Below, piece after piece: positions 8,230-17,577 of a stretch of DNA of 64,000 bases. This DNA is from Actinomycetota bacterium (GTDB lineage Bacteria > Actinomycetota > Actinomycetes > S36-B12), in the NCBI GenBank assembly GCA_016717115.1, contig JADKGE010000003.1, positions 306,337 to 370,336 on the forward strand, in the 5' to 3' direction. Made by a program: the position numbers and the translations under genes. The notes beneath the pieces are model-generated. The model searched no databases and was not told the DNA's origin. It saw only the letters and a list, made by a program, of their open reading frames with translations. The first letter of the stretch is position 1. Each line of letters starts with the position of its first letter.

Positions 8230-8997
8230 CTAGGTGGCGGTCCCGGTGTCGGCATTCTCGTCGCGGGCGCAGTACCGCGTGAAGAGGAACCCCTCGTCGG
8301 CGATCACGTGGACCAGGTCGTACCCGCGGGGCTCGGCGAGCGGTGCTCCGGTCATGACCTGCCCGCCGCCCGCCAGCAGCGGGGCGAAGGTGATGTCCAC
8401 CTCATCGACGAGCCCCGCGGCGGAAAGCGACGCGAGCAACCGTGGGCCGCCCTCGCACACGATGCGCCTCAGGCCACGCGCGGCGAGGGCAGCGATGACG
8501 GCCGCCGCGTCGATGCTCGACCCCGGTAGGACGATGACGTCAGAGAAGGTCCGGGCCACGGACAGGAGATCAGCGTCGGCACCGTGGTGCGTGACGACGA
8601 TGGGCTGGATCGTGGACTCCGTGAAGACCGGCTCATCCCACGGCAGGTCGAGCGACGCGCTGACAACGGCCAGCACGGGGGCGGGTGCGAGCCCGGCGCG
8701 GTCCCGCTGACCGGCTGCGTCGGGCCGTGCTGTCATGGGCTGATATCGCTCCGTGCGCAGGGTCCCGGCGCCGATCAGGACGACGTCGCTGAGACGGCGC
8801 ACCTCCGCGAGCAGTGAACGATCCGTCGGAGAGGAGAGGGACCCACTTCTCCCGTCCGACCTCGCGACGGCACCGTCCAGGCTGAGGAGCATCATCGCTC
8901 TCAGCCACCGATTGGCGTCGGGCCAGGGGTAGGCCTCGGCGAGGTCTATGTCGGACAAGCGTGACACCCGGAGTCGGGGTGCCGAGGGGGCCGTCAT
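8230..8997 (-). CDS. RibD C-terminal domain / dihydrofolate-reductase-like pyrimidine reductase family protein
   Basis: GAGTLRTERY...RRIVCEGGPRLLASLSAAGLVDEVDITFAPLLAGGG is typical of RibD_C. Trimmed to ATG 8997. ATGA overlap with the upstream GNAT stop. Confidence 0.75.
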   Translation of the reverse strand: MTAPSAPRLRVSRLSDIDLAEAYPWPDANRWLRAMMLLSLDGAVARSDGRSGSLSSPTDRSLLAEVRRLSDVVLIGAGTLRTERYQPMTARPDAAGQRDRAGLAPAPVLAVVSASLDLPWDEPVFTESTIQPIVVTHHGADADLLSVARTFSDVIVLPGSSIDAAAVIAALAARGLRRIVCEGGPRLLASLSAAGLVDEVDITFAPLLAGGGQVMTGAPLAEPRGYDLVHVIADEGFLFTRYCARDENADTGTAT

Positions 8998-9488
8998 GAA
9001 TCGATCCCCGACACGTGCGACCACAACTGCAGGTCGTGGCGGCCGTCCCGTCGCGCCTGGGCGCTGCGCAGGGTTCCCTCGTAGGCGAATCCGGCCTTGA
9101 CGAGGGCCCGCTGTTCCGCGACGTTCGTGACGTCGGTCGACGCCTCGACGCGCACGAAACCCTCGGAGTGGAGCGAGGCCGCGAGAAGTGCCTGGGCGAC
9201 TCCGCCCACGCCCTGTCCGCGGAACTCCTCGGCGATGCTGATGCCGATGTTCATGCAGCGGGAGCCGGGCGTGGGGCCGTGCCACACCTCGTGGGCCGAC
9301 AGGTCCCCGACCGGGAGCACCTCGCCGGTCCCCGTGGTCAGCTCGACCAGCCAGCGGCGATGCTTGACGGACCGGGCCTCGTCCGCCATCTGCCCCCAGT
9401 CCTCGTACGGGCTCGACGAGTGCGGGCGGGGGTGGTCGTCCCCGATCGGACGTAGAGTCAGTCGGCCGAGGTCGTCGATCGTGCTCAT
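8994..9488 (-). CDS. GNAT-family N-acetyltransferase
   Basis: MSTIDDLGRLTLRPIG...IAEEFRGQGVGGVAQALL...AEQRALVKAGFAYEG contains the acetyl-CoA motif R/Q-x-x-G-x-G. Trimmed from track ORF start 9554. Confidence 0.75.
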   Translation of the reverse strand: MSTIDDLGRLTLRPIGDDHPRPHSSSPYEDWGQMADEARSVKHRRWLVELTTGTGEVLPVGDLSAHEVWHGPTPGSRCMNIGISIAEEFRGQGVGGVAQALLAASLHSEGFVRVEASTDVTNVAEQRALVKAGFAYEGTLRSAQARRDGRHDLQLWSHVSGIDS

Positions 9489-9565
9489 CGGGGCTCCCTC
9501 CCTCGGTGATGGCCGTTCGCGAAGACTGGCGCGGATCGCGTCCGTTGGCAACATAGGGTGACGGG

Positions 9566-11134
9566 ATGCGCCGACCAGCCCGAACGATCGTGACGACGGT
9601 CGTGTCGGCGCTCACTGCTGTGGCGATCATCGCGGCGCTGTTCGGTGCCGGACTGCTCGCACAGGGTGAGCATCCGCTGGCCGGACAGTCGGTGACGCCC
9701 GATGCGTCGTCGCCGGGCCCCCTTGGCGAGGGCCCGATCCCACCGCCGACGCCGCTGATCTCGAACGTCGTCCTCATCCTCGCCGACGATCTCGACTGGA
9801 AGCTGTGGAACGAGATCCCGCGGTTGCGCGCACTGCAGGATCGGGGCACGACGTTCACCAACTACGTCGTGTCCGACTCCCTGTGCTGCCCGTCGCGCAC
9901 GACCTTGTTCCGAAGCCAGTACGTCCACAACCATCAGGTGCTGTCGAACGACGTCGTTTCCGGTGGCGGGTGGCCCACGTTCCGCGACCGGGGGTACGCC
10001 ACCGAATGTCTGCCCACCTGGCTGCAGGATGCGGGCGTCACCACGGGGCTGATCGGCAAGTACCTCAACGAGTTCCCGGAGACTCCCGCGGAGGCCATCT
10101 CGATCCAGCCGGGTTGGGACACCTTCGTGGTTCCCATCTCGCACGGTGCGTCCTACACCGGCTACAACTACCAACTGGACGCCAATGGCGTCATCCAGAC
10201 CTATGGGAAGGAGCCGCAGGACTTCCTCAACGACGTACTCGACTCGAAGGCCGCGGAGTTCATCGCCGCGGCTGACTCGCCCTTCTTCCTGGAACTGGCG
10301 ACGTTCACGCCGCACCTGCCCTCGCCCGTGGCACCCCGCAATGTCGGTTCGCATGCAGGCGCCCAGGCGCCTCGCGATGCGGCATACGGCGCACAGGTGG
10401 AGAACCCGCCATCCTGGCTCGTGGGCCTCCCGCCGATCGGGCCGAAGAAGGCGAAGGAACTCGACCGCCTGTGGCAGCAGCGCGCGGAGTCGGCCGAATC
10501 CATCGCCGACTCCTACGACGCGGTGATGTCGGCGCTGGTGCGCAGCGGACATGACAAGGACACCTTGGTACTGGTGACGTCCGACAACGGCTTCCATGTG
10601 GGCAGCTACCGGCTGCAGCGCGGAAAGCGATCGGCGTTCGACACGGACACGGTCGTCCCCCTCGTGGCGATCGGGCCGGACATCCCGGCGGGGAAGATCG
10701 TGACGCAGATGGCATCCGCCACCGATCTCGCGCCGACGATCTCGGAACTGCTGGCCGCGCCGGCCCCGGACTGGGTCGATGGCCGGAGCCTGTGGCCGTT
10801 GCTGGACTCGTCGATCCAGTTCGGCGAGTCGACCGCCTGGCGGACCGCGACCCTCTCCGAGAGCCTCGGCGAGGCGCAGCCAGGTGATCCTGACTTCCAG
10901 CTCATCGCGCCGCCGACGTACCGGGCCCTGCGCACGCCGCAGTGGCTCTATGTCGAGTCGGTCAACGGGGAGCGAGAGCTCTACGACCGCCGGTCGGATC
11001 CCTACGAGCTGCGAAACGTCATCGCCACGACCCGCAGCGACATCGTCAGTGCGCTCCACGAGCAGTTCGTCGCGCTCACGACGTGCGCGGGATCGACGTG
11101 CCGCGTGGCCGATGCGATGGAACTGCCGCAGTGA
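9566..11134 (+). CDS. Cys-type sulfatase (formylglycine-dependent)
   Basis: ILADDLDW...SDSLCCPSRTTLFRSQY carries the C-x-P-x-R sulfatase signature. N-terminal membrane anchor or signal sequence. 522 aa. Confidence 0.85.
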   Translation: MRRPARTIVTTVVSALTAVAIIAALFGAGLLAQGEHPLAGQSVTPDASSPGPLGEGPIPPPTPLISNVVLILADDLDWKLWNEIPRLRALQDRGTTFTNYVVSDSLCCPSRTTLFRSQYVHNHQVLSNDVVSGGGWPTFRDRGYATECLPTWLQDAGVTTGLIGKYLNEFPETPAEAISIQPGWDTFVVPISHGASYTGYNYQLDANGVIQTYGKEPQDFLNDVLDSKAAEFIAAADSPFFLELATFTPHLPSPVAPRNVGSHAGAQAPRDAAYGAQVENPPSWLVGLPPIGPKKAKELDRLWQQRAESAESIADSYDAVMSALVRSGHDKDTLVLVTSDNGFHVGSYRLQRGKRSAFDTDTVVPLVAIGPDIPAGKIVTQMASATDLAPTISELLAAPAPDWVDGRSLWPLLDSSIQFGESTAWRTATLSESLGEAQPGDPDFQLIAPPTYRALRTPQWLYVESVNGERELYDRRSDPYELRNVIATTRSDIVSALHEQFVALTTCAGSTCRVADAMELPQ

Positions 11135-11565
11135 TCCGTCCGGCGGTCGCCGCGGACGGGGCTGCCGCTGCCGCGGTGTTCCACAGCAGTCGGGAGGCGG
11201 CGATGCCCTGGCTGCCCGTCCTGCACTCGCCCGAGGAGGACGTGCACTACTTCACCGAGGAGATCGCGTCGTCTGCAGCTTGGGTGTTCGACGTGGACCG
11301 CGAGGTCGTCGGCTTCGTCATCGCTCGGGGCGGCTGGCTCAGGCACCTGTACGTCCACCCCGACCATCAGGGCGACGGCGTGGGCACTGCCCTCCTCGCC
11401 CGCGTTCTGCCCGGCGACGGGGACGAACTGCAGCTGTGGGTTTTCGAGCGCAACACGCCGGCGAGGTCGTTCTACGAGGCCCGAGGATTCGCTAGGGTCG
11501 GTGGTACGGATGGCGCGGGAAACGAGGAACAGCAGCCCGACATCCTGATGCGCCGGGTCGGCTGA
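11131..11565 (+). CDS. GNAT-family N-acetyltransferase
   Basis: GTG at 11131 overlaps the sulfatase TGA (GTGA). VIRPAVAADGAAAAAVFHSS...HLYVHPDHQGDGVGTALL...ARSFYEARGF. Confidence 0.7.
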   Translation: MIRPAVAADGAAAAAVFHSSREAAMPWLPVLHSPEEDVHYFTEEIASSAAWVFDVDREVVGFVIARGGWLRHLYVHPDHQGDGVGTALLARVLPGDGDELQLWVFERNTPARSFYEARGFARVGGTDGAGNEEQQPDILMRRVG

Positions 11566-11927
11566 CCCCTCGGACCGAATCCCTTCCGCGAGTACGGACT
11601 TTGGTCCTTACTTTTGATGACAGATGATCAGAATTGGTGCGTTTCGACCTGTTGCAAGAACGTATGGCGAGCGGTAAGGCCGCGCGGCTGACAGGATCAC
11701 GAGCGAGAGAACCGAAACGCCGTCCGGAGCCTGCACATGAGTCACGCGTCACCACAGCAGAGCACGACGGTCGACCTTGCGCCGGAGACCAACCGGCAGC
11801 CACTGGGGGGTCGCGAACGCGACGACGGGGCTGGCAAGGGTCACGCATGCACGGGACCGGTTCGCCTCGGGCAGGTGGGTCTACCGGGAGTTCTCGCCAG
11901 GTAGTTGCGACGGGCAGGGGAGGGGCC

Positions 11928-12629
11928 ATGAGTTCACTACTGACACTGCACTTCGACGTTCAGGGATCATTGCGCGAGGAGGCGCGACGGTGCGAAGCGG
12001 ACATCTTCCTGGCCGCGTTCGGCAACACCCGGCAGCAGCTCGCCGACGAGTACGGACCCTATGAGAACCAGTCGGTCTTCCTTGCCGTGACCGACGAGGC
12101 GGGTGAGGTGCTCGGCATGACTCGCCTCATCGTGCCTGGTCCGTCGGGTCTCAAGACGCTGAACGACCTCGGCCGCGAGCCCTGGCTCGTCGATGGAGAG
12201 CGGGTTGCCCGGGCGGCGGGGGTCGACTCCGCCCGAGCCTGGGACATCGCCACGCTCGGGGTGCGGGAAGGTCATCGGGCCCGAAGCATGCGCGTGTCGC
12301 TGGCCCTGTACCACGGGGTCCTGAAGTCGACGTACCTGAACGAGATCCCGTCAGTGACGTCGATCCTGGACGAGACGGCCCGCCGCGCGTTCGCCTTGTT
12401 CGACCTCGTCTACACGACGTTGCCGAGCACATCGACCGCGTCCTACCTGGGGTCGGTGGCGAGCACTCCGGTGTACAGCCACGCCAGCATGCTCGACATC
12501 CAGCGCCGGGTGAACCCGGAGGCCTACCGGCTCCTGTCCCTCGGTATCGGCCTCGACGGACTGATCACGCCGGCCGACGAGGACTACCGACTGACCATGG
12601 CTTCGGAGGCGAGCGTCGTCGCTGCCTAG
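11928..12629 (+). CDS. GNAT-fold acyltransferase resembling LuxI / FeeM N-acyl synthases (tentative)
   Basis: ATG 11928 is preceded by GGGCAGGGGAGGGG. Motifs judged by eye: ADEYGPYENQSVFLAV, GMTRLIVPGPSGLKTLNDL (compare LuxI-type RLLPTTGPYML) and AWDIATLGV (compare WE-x-SRFAV). The upstream 98 in-frame codons are Arg/Gly-rich and were rejected. Confidence 0.4.
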   Translation: MSSLLTLHFDVQGSLREEARRCEADIFLAAFGNTRQQLADEYGPYENQSVFLAVTDEAGEVLGMTRLIVPGPSGLKTLNDLGREPWLVDGERVARAAGVDSARAWDIATLGVREGHRARSMRVSLALYHGVLKSTYLNEIPSVTSILDETARRAFALFDLVYTTLPSTSTASYLGSVASTPVYSHASMLDIQRRVNPEAYRLLSLGIGLDGLITPADEDYRLTMASEASVVAA

Positions 12630-14959
12630 CCCGCTACCTGAGGATCTGCCGACGTCCGGGCATCCTCGTGGACGATGTGAACGACCGCAGGCGGGTTGTT
12701 CCACGCCATGACCCAGGCGGCGACATGCTCTCCGCGCATGGGTTCGGAGATGTGGTACCCCTGCAGGATGTCGGCGCCCATGGCCAGGACCTCCGCACTG
12801 ACCGGCGCGTTCTCGACGCCCTCGGCCACGACCATGAGGTCCAGCGCATGGGCCATGTCGATGGTTGATGCCACGATCAGGCGACTGCGGTCGTCGACGC
12901 ACACACTGGCGACGAAGCTGCGGTCCATCTTCAACTCGCTCACGGGAAGGTCGCGCAGGTAGGCCAGGGAGGAGAAGCCGGTGCCGTAGTCGTCGATCGA
13001 GATCTTCAGCCCGTGGTTGCGCACGTCCAGCAGGATCTCCCGCGCCTTCTGCGGGTTCGCCAGGAACGTCTCCTCGGTGACCTCGACGGTGATGAGGTGC
13101 GCAGGGATCCGTGCGCGCGCGATGGCCTCGTAAAGGATCGGCATGAGCTGTCCGGCGAGGAGCTCGGGGGGAGCGACATTGATGGCGACATTGAGCGCGA
13201 GCCCCGAGTCATGCCACCGCTTCGCGGCCGCGACGGCCTGCTCCACGACCGCCTCGGAGAGCCCCTGCATGAGCCCTGTCCTGCGTGCCACGGGAAGGAA
13301 CTCCATCGGCACGATCGTGCCCCGCTCAGGATGGTCCCAACGGACGAGGGCCTCGACCCCGACGACCTGGTTGGTGAGCGAGTCCACCTTGGGCTGGTAG
13401 CGAAGGGTCAGGATCCCCTCCTTGAGGGCGCGCCTGAGCTCCTCGCCCATCTGCAGCCTCTCCCGCGAGAACTCGTCCCTGTCGGAGCTGTACAGCAGGG
13501 CCCCCGAGCGGCTGACCTTCGCCTCGAACATCGCGATGTCCGCCCGCCGCAGGAGGTCGACGGCGCGCGTGTCCTGCGGTTCGCTAATGGCGATGCCCAG
13601 CAACGCCGACATAGCCAGATCGAGCCCGTCGATCCTGGCCGGCGCCAGCAGGGTGCGGCGGATGCCCTGTGCCAGTTCGAGCAGGGCGAGGGGGTCGTCA
13701 TCCTGGGCGACGATGGCGAATTCGTCGCCGCCGATCCTCGCCATGCTCACCGAGGAAGGCAGCGAGTCCCGCACGCGCAGGGCGACCATCATCAGCAGGG
13801 TGTCGCCGGCGCTGTGCCCCAGGGTGTCGTTGACCTCCTTGAAGCCATCGAGCCCGAGCAGCATGAAGCCGACCGGCTGCTTGTCACGGATCAGTTGGTC
13901 GACGAGCCGGAGGGCGGCCCGTCGGTTGGGCAGCCCCGTGAGGTCGTCCGTCCGCGCGAGGTGGAAGGCCTCCGCGGCTGCCTGCGACTCGCGTAGGGCA
14001 ACGGCCAGCCGCGCGCCCGTGGCCACGAGAGTGATGATGGCCGGGAGCGCGATCAGGAATCCCGTCATTCCCTCGGGCCGTGCGCTCAGAAGTGCGATGC
14101 ACAGGAGGAAGCTGGCCACCAGGAACCCGCTGGGCAGGGGGCGTGAGATGCCCGTGAGGGGAGGTGGAGGGCTGCAGGCGGGATCGGTGATGAACATGAG
14201 CGAGGCCGCCCACATGACGATGACGGTGATGCTGAACGCGTACGGTCCGGACGTCAGGTGCAGGACCAGGCTCGAGTCGGCGACGGCGAGCAGCACGAAT
14301 CCGATGGCCAGGCTCAGCGTCCGCCACGACCAGGCGCGGGCCGCCATCGCGGCTTGGGCGATCACGACGAGGGCCAGCGCGAGGTCGATCATCGGGTAGG
14401 TCAGCGCCACGAGCAGGGGAACGCCGCCGTCGGGGTAGAACTCGCTGAAGGGCGTGAGCAGGAGGGCGCTGGCCAGCGTGGCCGCACCGCCGCAGAGGAT
14501 CACCGCATCGAGCCAGGCGGTGGCGGCACGCCCCCGCCTCCGGCTGCCGGAGTCGAGCACCAGGAAGGCGGCCATCCCGACGTACGAGGCGAGGAAGAGC
14601 CATTCGCCCGGGGCGGGGAAGGAGGTCTGGGCAGATGGGTCCGAGGAGTTGAGCGCGATCGACCCGGCACCCCACAGGACCACACCGATGGTGAGGGCCC
14701 CCACCGAAACCCGCCGCTGGGGCGACCAGGCCATCACCAGAAGGAGGCGGAGGATCGCGATGACGAAGAAGGTGCTGATGATGGCGACGAGCATCGCCTC
14801 GTTGAGGCTTCCGTTCGCGGCGACGCCGTACGTGACGCCCATGACGGCGCTCAGTCCGATGACGCCCCATCCGACGAATCCCAGGTTCCTCACCAGGGTC
14901 GTGCGGTGGGTGCGTGGTGAGCTTGGGGAAGCCACGTGACACGCACCTCTCACGGGCAC
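12626..14959 (-). CDS. Membrane-anchored GGDEF-EAL protein (diguanylate cyclase / c-di-GMP phosphodiesterase)
   Basis: About 300 aa of TM helices, then RIGGDEFAIV (intact GGDEF) and the EAL domain (VEALVRW, DDYGTGFSSL, VAEGVE). The start is uncertain (GTG 14959 or GTG 14935). The stop codon overlaps the convergent gene within CTAG 12626-12629. Confidence 0.9.
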   Translation of the reverse strand: MPVRGACHVASPSSPRTHRTTLVRNLGFVGWGVIGLSAVMGVTYGVAANGSLNEAMLVAIISTFFVIAILRLLLVMAWSPQRRVSVGALTIGVVLWGAGSIALNSSDPSAQTSFPAPGEWLFLASYVGMAAFLVLDSGSRRRGRAATAWLDAVILCGGAATLASALLLTPFSEFYPDGGVPLLVALTYPMIDLALALVVIAQAAMAARAWSWRTLSLAIGFVLLAVADSSLVLHLTSGPYAFSITVIVMWAASLMFITDPACSPPPPLTGISRPLPSGFLVASFLLCIALLSARPEGMTGFLIALPAIITLVATGARLAVALRESQAAAEAFHLARTDDLTGLPNRRAALRLVDQLIRDKQPVGFMLLGLDGFKEVNDTLGHSAGDTLLMMVALRVRDSLPSSVSMARIGGDEFAIVAQDDDPLALLELAQGIRRTLLAPARIDGLDLAMSALLGIAISEPQDTRAVDLLRRADIAMFEAKVSRSGALLYSSDRDEFSRERLQMGEELRRALKEGILTLRYQPKVDSLTNQVVGVEALVRWDHPERGTIVPMEFLPVARRTGLMQGLSEAVVEQAVAAAKRWHDSGLALNVAINVAPPELLAGQLMPILYEAIARARIPAHLITVEVTEETFLANPQKAREILLDVRNHGLKISIDDYGTGFSSLAYLRDLPVSELKMDRSFVASVCVDDRSRLIVASTIDMAHALDLMVVAEGVENAPVSAEVLAMGADILQGYHISEPMRGEHVAAWVMAWNNPPAVVHIVHEDARTSADPQVAG

Positions 14960-14975
14960 CGGAACCTACGGTGCC
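14955..14975 (-). terminator. Hairpin downstream of kynA (possible terminator; overlaps the longest GGDEF-EAL start)
   Basis: On the minus strand: GGCACCG-taggttc-CGGTGCC. 7-bp stem, no U tract. Confidence 0.3.
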
Positions 14976-15030
14976 CCTAGTGCGAAAGGTATCGGCTCGA
15001 GGCTCGGCATTGTGTACCGAATCGCGGCGC

Positions 15031-15885
15031 TCAGCCGCCGATCTCGCCCCTCACGGCGTACAGCTCAGGGAAGAAGGTCAGGTCGAGGGCCCGCCTCAGG
15101 AACGGGACTCCGCTCGAGCCACCGGTGCCGCTCTTCGAGCCGATGATGCGCTCCACGGTCTTGAGGTGGCGGAATCGCCACAGCTGGAAGTTGTCCTCGA
15201 CGTCGACGAGGGCCTCGCAGGCCTCGTACTCCCGCCAGAACTCGTGGGAGTTGGCGTAGATGCCCGCGAACACCGAGACCAGCTCCGGATGCAGCCGCCA
15301 GGCCTGCGTGACGTCACGGTCCAGAACGCTGGACGGCACGGGGTGCCCCAGCCGATTGAGGAACCGCAGGAACTCGTCGTACAGGCTCGGTCCCTCGAGG
15401 AGGTCCGTCAGCAGCGCATGGATGGTCGGGTCGTGGTCGAACACCTGCAGCATGTCAGGGTTCTTGTTGCCGAGGATGAACTCGATGGCCCGGTACTGCC
15501 AGGACTGGAACCCCGACGAGCTCTGGAGGTAGGAACGGAACTCCGCGTACTCGCTCGGCGTCAGCGTGGTCAGCACGCCCCACTGCTCGATGAGGGTGTG
15601 CTGGATGTGCTTCACCCTTGCGAGGCACTTCAATGCCGGCGCGAGATCGTCGTCGGCGAGCAGGTCGCGCGTGGCTCGCAGCTCGTGCAGCATCAGTTTG
15701 AGCCACAGTTCGGACGTCTGATGCTGGATGATGAAGAGCATCTCGTCGTGGCGCGGTGGATCGCTCAGCGGCTGCTGGGCCGCCAGCACGAGGTCCAGGC
15801 GGAGGTAGTCGCCGTAGGACATCGCGCTCCTGAAGTCGCGACGGACGGTGGGCTCGAGGTCCCTGGTGTTGTCGGTGCCCGTCAC
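15031..15885 (-). CDS. kynA: Tryptophan 2,3-dioxygenase
   Basis: [19 protein letters not shown]...[24 protein letters not shown]...SGFQSWQYR...GTGGSSG, all typical TDO motifs. 284 aa. Confidence 0.9.
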   Translation of the reverse strand: MTGTDNTRDLEPTVRRDFRSAMSYGDYLRLDLVLAAQQPLSDPPRHDEMLFIIQHQTSELWLKLMLHELRATRDLLADDDLAPALKCLARVKHIQHTLIEQWGVLTTLTPSEYAEFRSYLQSSSGFQSWQYRAIEFILGNKNPDMLQVFDHDPTIHALLTDLLEGPSLYDEFLRFLNRLGHPVPSSVLDRDVTQAWRLHPELVSVFAGIYANSHEFWREYEACEALVDVEDNFQLWRFRHLKTVERIIGSKSGTGGSSGVPFLRRALDLTFFPELYAVRGEIGG

Positions 15886-15913
15886 GACGCTCCCTCCGAA
15901 TGACCTCGCAAGG

Positions 15914-16318
15914 CTACTGACTGGGGGCTTCGCGCGCAGCGTTCCTGATGACGCTCGCGCCGCTGATCAGGCCACGGCGCCACGGCGGGACACCGTCGAT
16001 CTCGATCTCGAGGCTGAAGCTGAGGAACGTCCGGATGAGGACGATCAGGCCGAGGACCGTGACGTTCTCGATGGTGGGAGATACCGCCACCGTCCGGATG
16101 AGGTCGCCCGCCACGAGGACCTCCAGCCCGAGGAGGATGACGCCGCCGAACGACTGGCGAAGGACCCGGTAGCTCGCGGCTCCGTCGTCCGTGCGCCGGT
16201 ACGTGCGGACGGCGAGCACGAACGCGAGTACCAGTCCGACGATGAGGATGAGGGCAGCGGTCACCTCGAAGAACTGGGCGGCCAGCAGCATCCCTTGCGT
16301 GAAGGTCGACTCGCTCAT
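15914..16318 (-). CDS. DUF1622-like small membrane protein
   Basis: 134 aa with 3-4 TM spans, including [14 protein letters not shown]. Family name is from memory. Confidence 0.55.
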   Translation of the reverse strand: MSESTFTQGMLLAAQFFEVTAALILIVGLVLAFVLAVRTYRRTDDGAASYRVLRQSFGGVILLGLEVLVAGDLIRTVAVSPTIENVTVLGLIVLIRTFLSFSLEIEIDGVPPWRRGLISGASVIRNAAREAPSQ

Positions 16319-16352
16319 GCGCTCTCCTCGGCCCGCTCCGTCGAATGCTCGG

Positions 16353-16802
16353 TCACATGCGCGCCGAGTAGTCCCACGACGTGACCGACAGGCCCTCGAT
16401 CTGGATCGCGACCTCGGAGTCGAGACGGGAGATCAGCCAGCGGGCGAGGTCGTCCGGACGGTCACCCAGGTAGCGGTCGATCAGGCGTGGCAGGACCTCG
16501 TGAGCGGAGTCGGAGCGGATTCGCGCAGTTCCCGTGCCGCGTACCCCTCGGTAGGGCGGCTGGTCGCCGGACACCTCGAAGGCGCAGCGCGGGTCGGCCT
16601 GCAGACGCTTGGCGAGCACCGACGCTGACTGGGTGCAGCACCACAGGGAACCGTCGTCGTAGACGAACCACACCGACTGGACCAGGGGGAAGGCGGCGCC
16701 GTTGGAGGCCAGGCGCAGGGGGATGGCGGAGCGATCGAGGAAGTCCTCGACGACGCTGAGCTCCCACGGGCCCGACCGCACAGTGGGGCGGCGTTGATCC
16801 AT
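16353..16802 (-). CDS. Pyridoxamine 5'-phosphate oxidase-like FMN-binding split-barrel protein
   Basis: MDQRRPTVRSGPWELS...IPLRLASNG...PLVQSVWFVYDDGSLWC...RGVRGTGTA. Trimmed to ATG 16802. Confidence 0.6.
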   Translation of the reverse strand: MDQRRPTVRSGPWELSVVEDFLDRSAIPLRLASNGAAFPLVQSVWFVYDDGSLWCCTQSASVLAKRLQADPRCAFEVSGDQPPYRGVRGTGTARIRSDSAHEVLPRLIDRYLGDRPDDLARWLISRLDSEVAIQIEGLSVTSWDYSARM

Positions 16803-16863
16803 GAAGGGGATTGTCCACGCACGGGGTCCCCCCACGGTGAAGGCGCGCGGCGCCCGGAGGGGG

Positions 16864-17577
16864 TCAGCCGACGGCTGATGCCTCCCGCGACATGAGCCGC
16901 TGGCCCACCAGGACGGCCGCGAGGTAGAGCAGGGCCGCCACGACGAGCAGCAGCTGGTAGCCGAGGATCAGCGAGAGGTACTCCAGGCAGCCACCCACCA
17001 TGGCGCCGAAGAGGTTGGCCGCGAACGCCGCAGTGGGGTTCTTCGCATCCTTGAACCGCGAGGTGAAGAGCAGGTTGGCGAAGAAGATGGGCGCGAACGC
17101 GAGCACGGTGGCCACGACGAGCCGGACGGGAACGGGCAGGCCGAGCAGCGCGGCGTTCGGGATGAGGAAGGCGATGGCCAGGGAGCCGAACAGCGCGGGA
17201 AGGATGATCTTCCGGGAGATGGTGCGGCCGATGCGCTGCGTGACCTCGATGGCTGCCAGGACGGCCAGCAGCACGCCCGTGAAGACGAGCGCATTGACGA
17301 GCCAGGTCGTCCCGAAGAGCAGTGCGAACGTGGTGATGGACCTCGTCTCGAGGAGCAGGAAGGCCGCGCCCATGAAGAACAGGTCACCGTACCCGCGCAT
17401 CGACTTGAACGGCCCGCCGAAGACGCGGATGCCGATGAGTGACACGCCGAGGATCAGCGCGATGATGATGAGGTACAGCGACGGGATCGTTCGCTCCTTC
17501 AGGTACAGGAACGGACGGTCGTCGACCGCCGGCACCGGAATGGCCTGGCCTGCCGCGGCCACCGAGGTGCGATCCAC
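16864..17577 (-). CDS. Polytopic membrane ORF: either the C-terminal half of the spermidine-synthase-like protein or a separate gene
   Basis: Starts at GTG 17577. The PVPAVDDRPFLYLKERTIP segment is followed by about 6 TM helices. It overlaps the upstream ORF by 79 nt in another frame. Confidence 0.55.
   Translation of the reverse strand: MDRTSVAAAGQAIPVPAVDDRPFLYLKERTIPSLYLIIIALILGVSLIGIRVFGGPFKSMRGYGDLFFMGAAFLLLETRSITTFALLFGTTWLVNALVFTGVLLAVLAAIEVTQRIGRTISRKIILPALFGSLAIAFLIPNAALLGLPVPVRLVVATVLAFAPIFFANLLFTSRFKDAKNPTAAFAANLFGAMVGGCLEYLSLILGYQLLLVVAALLYLAAVLVGQRLMSREASAVG

Noticed and set aside
8998-9861. Upstream 287 codons of the 543-aa minus-strand ORF
   Set aside because: The Arg/Gly/Pro-rich translation overlaps the well-supported GNAT gene and the sulfatase 5' end. 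The RibD_C homology starts only at ATG 8997.
9485-11059. 524-aa minus-strand ORF antisense to the sulfatase; similar cases at 38099..39481 (antisense to ACR3), 52582..54306, 49196..50638, 45002..46096 and 47218..48579
   Set aside because: All are antisense shadows of genes with strong family signatures. Their translations are Arg/Gly/Asp/His-rich and carry no recognisable domains.
11566-11927. Long leader examined for a riboswitch (c-di-GMP, c-di-AMP/ydaO, SAM and similar)
   Set aside because: I could not find the conserved cores of any riboswitch class I know. There are only weak hairpins (for example GGACC...GGTCC at about 11577-11613). A covariance-model scan would be needed.
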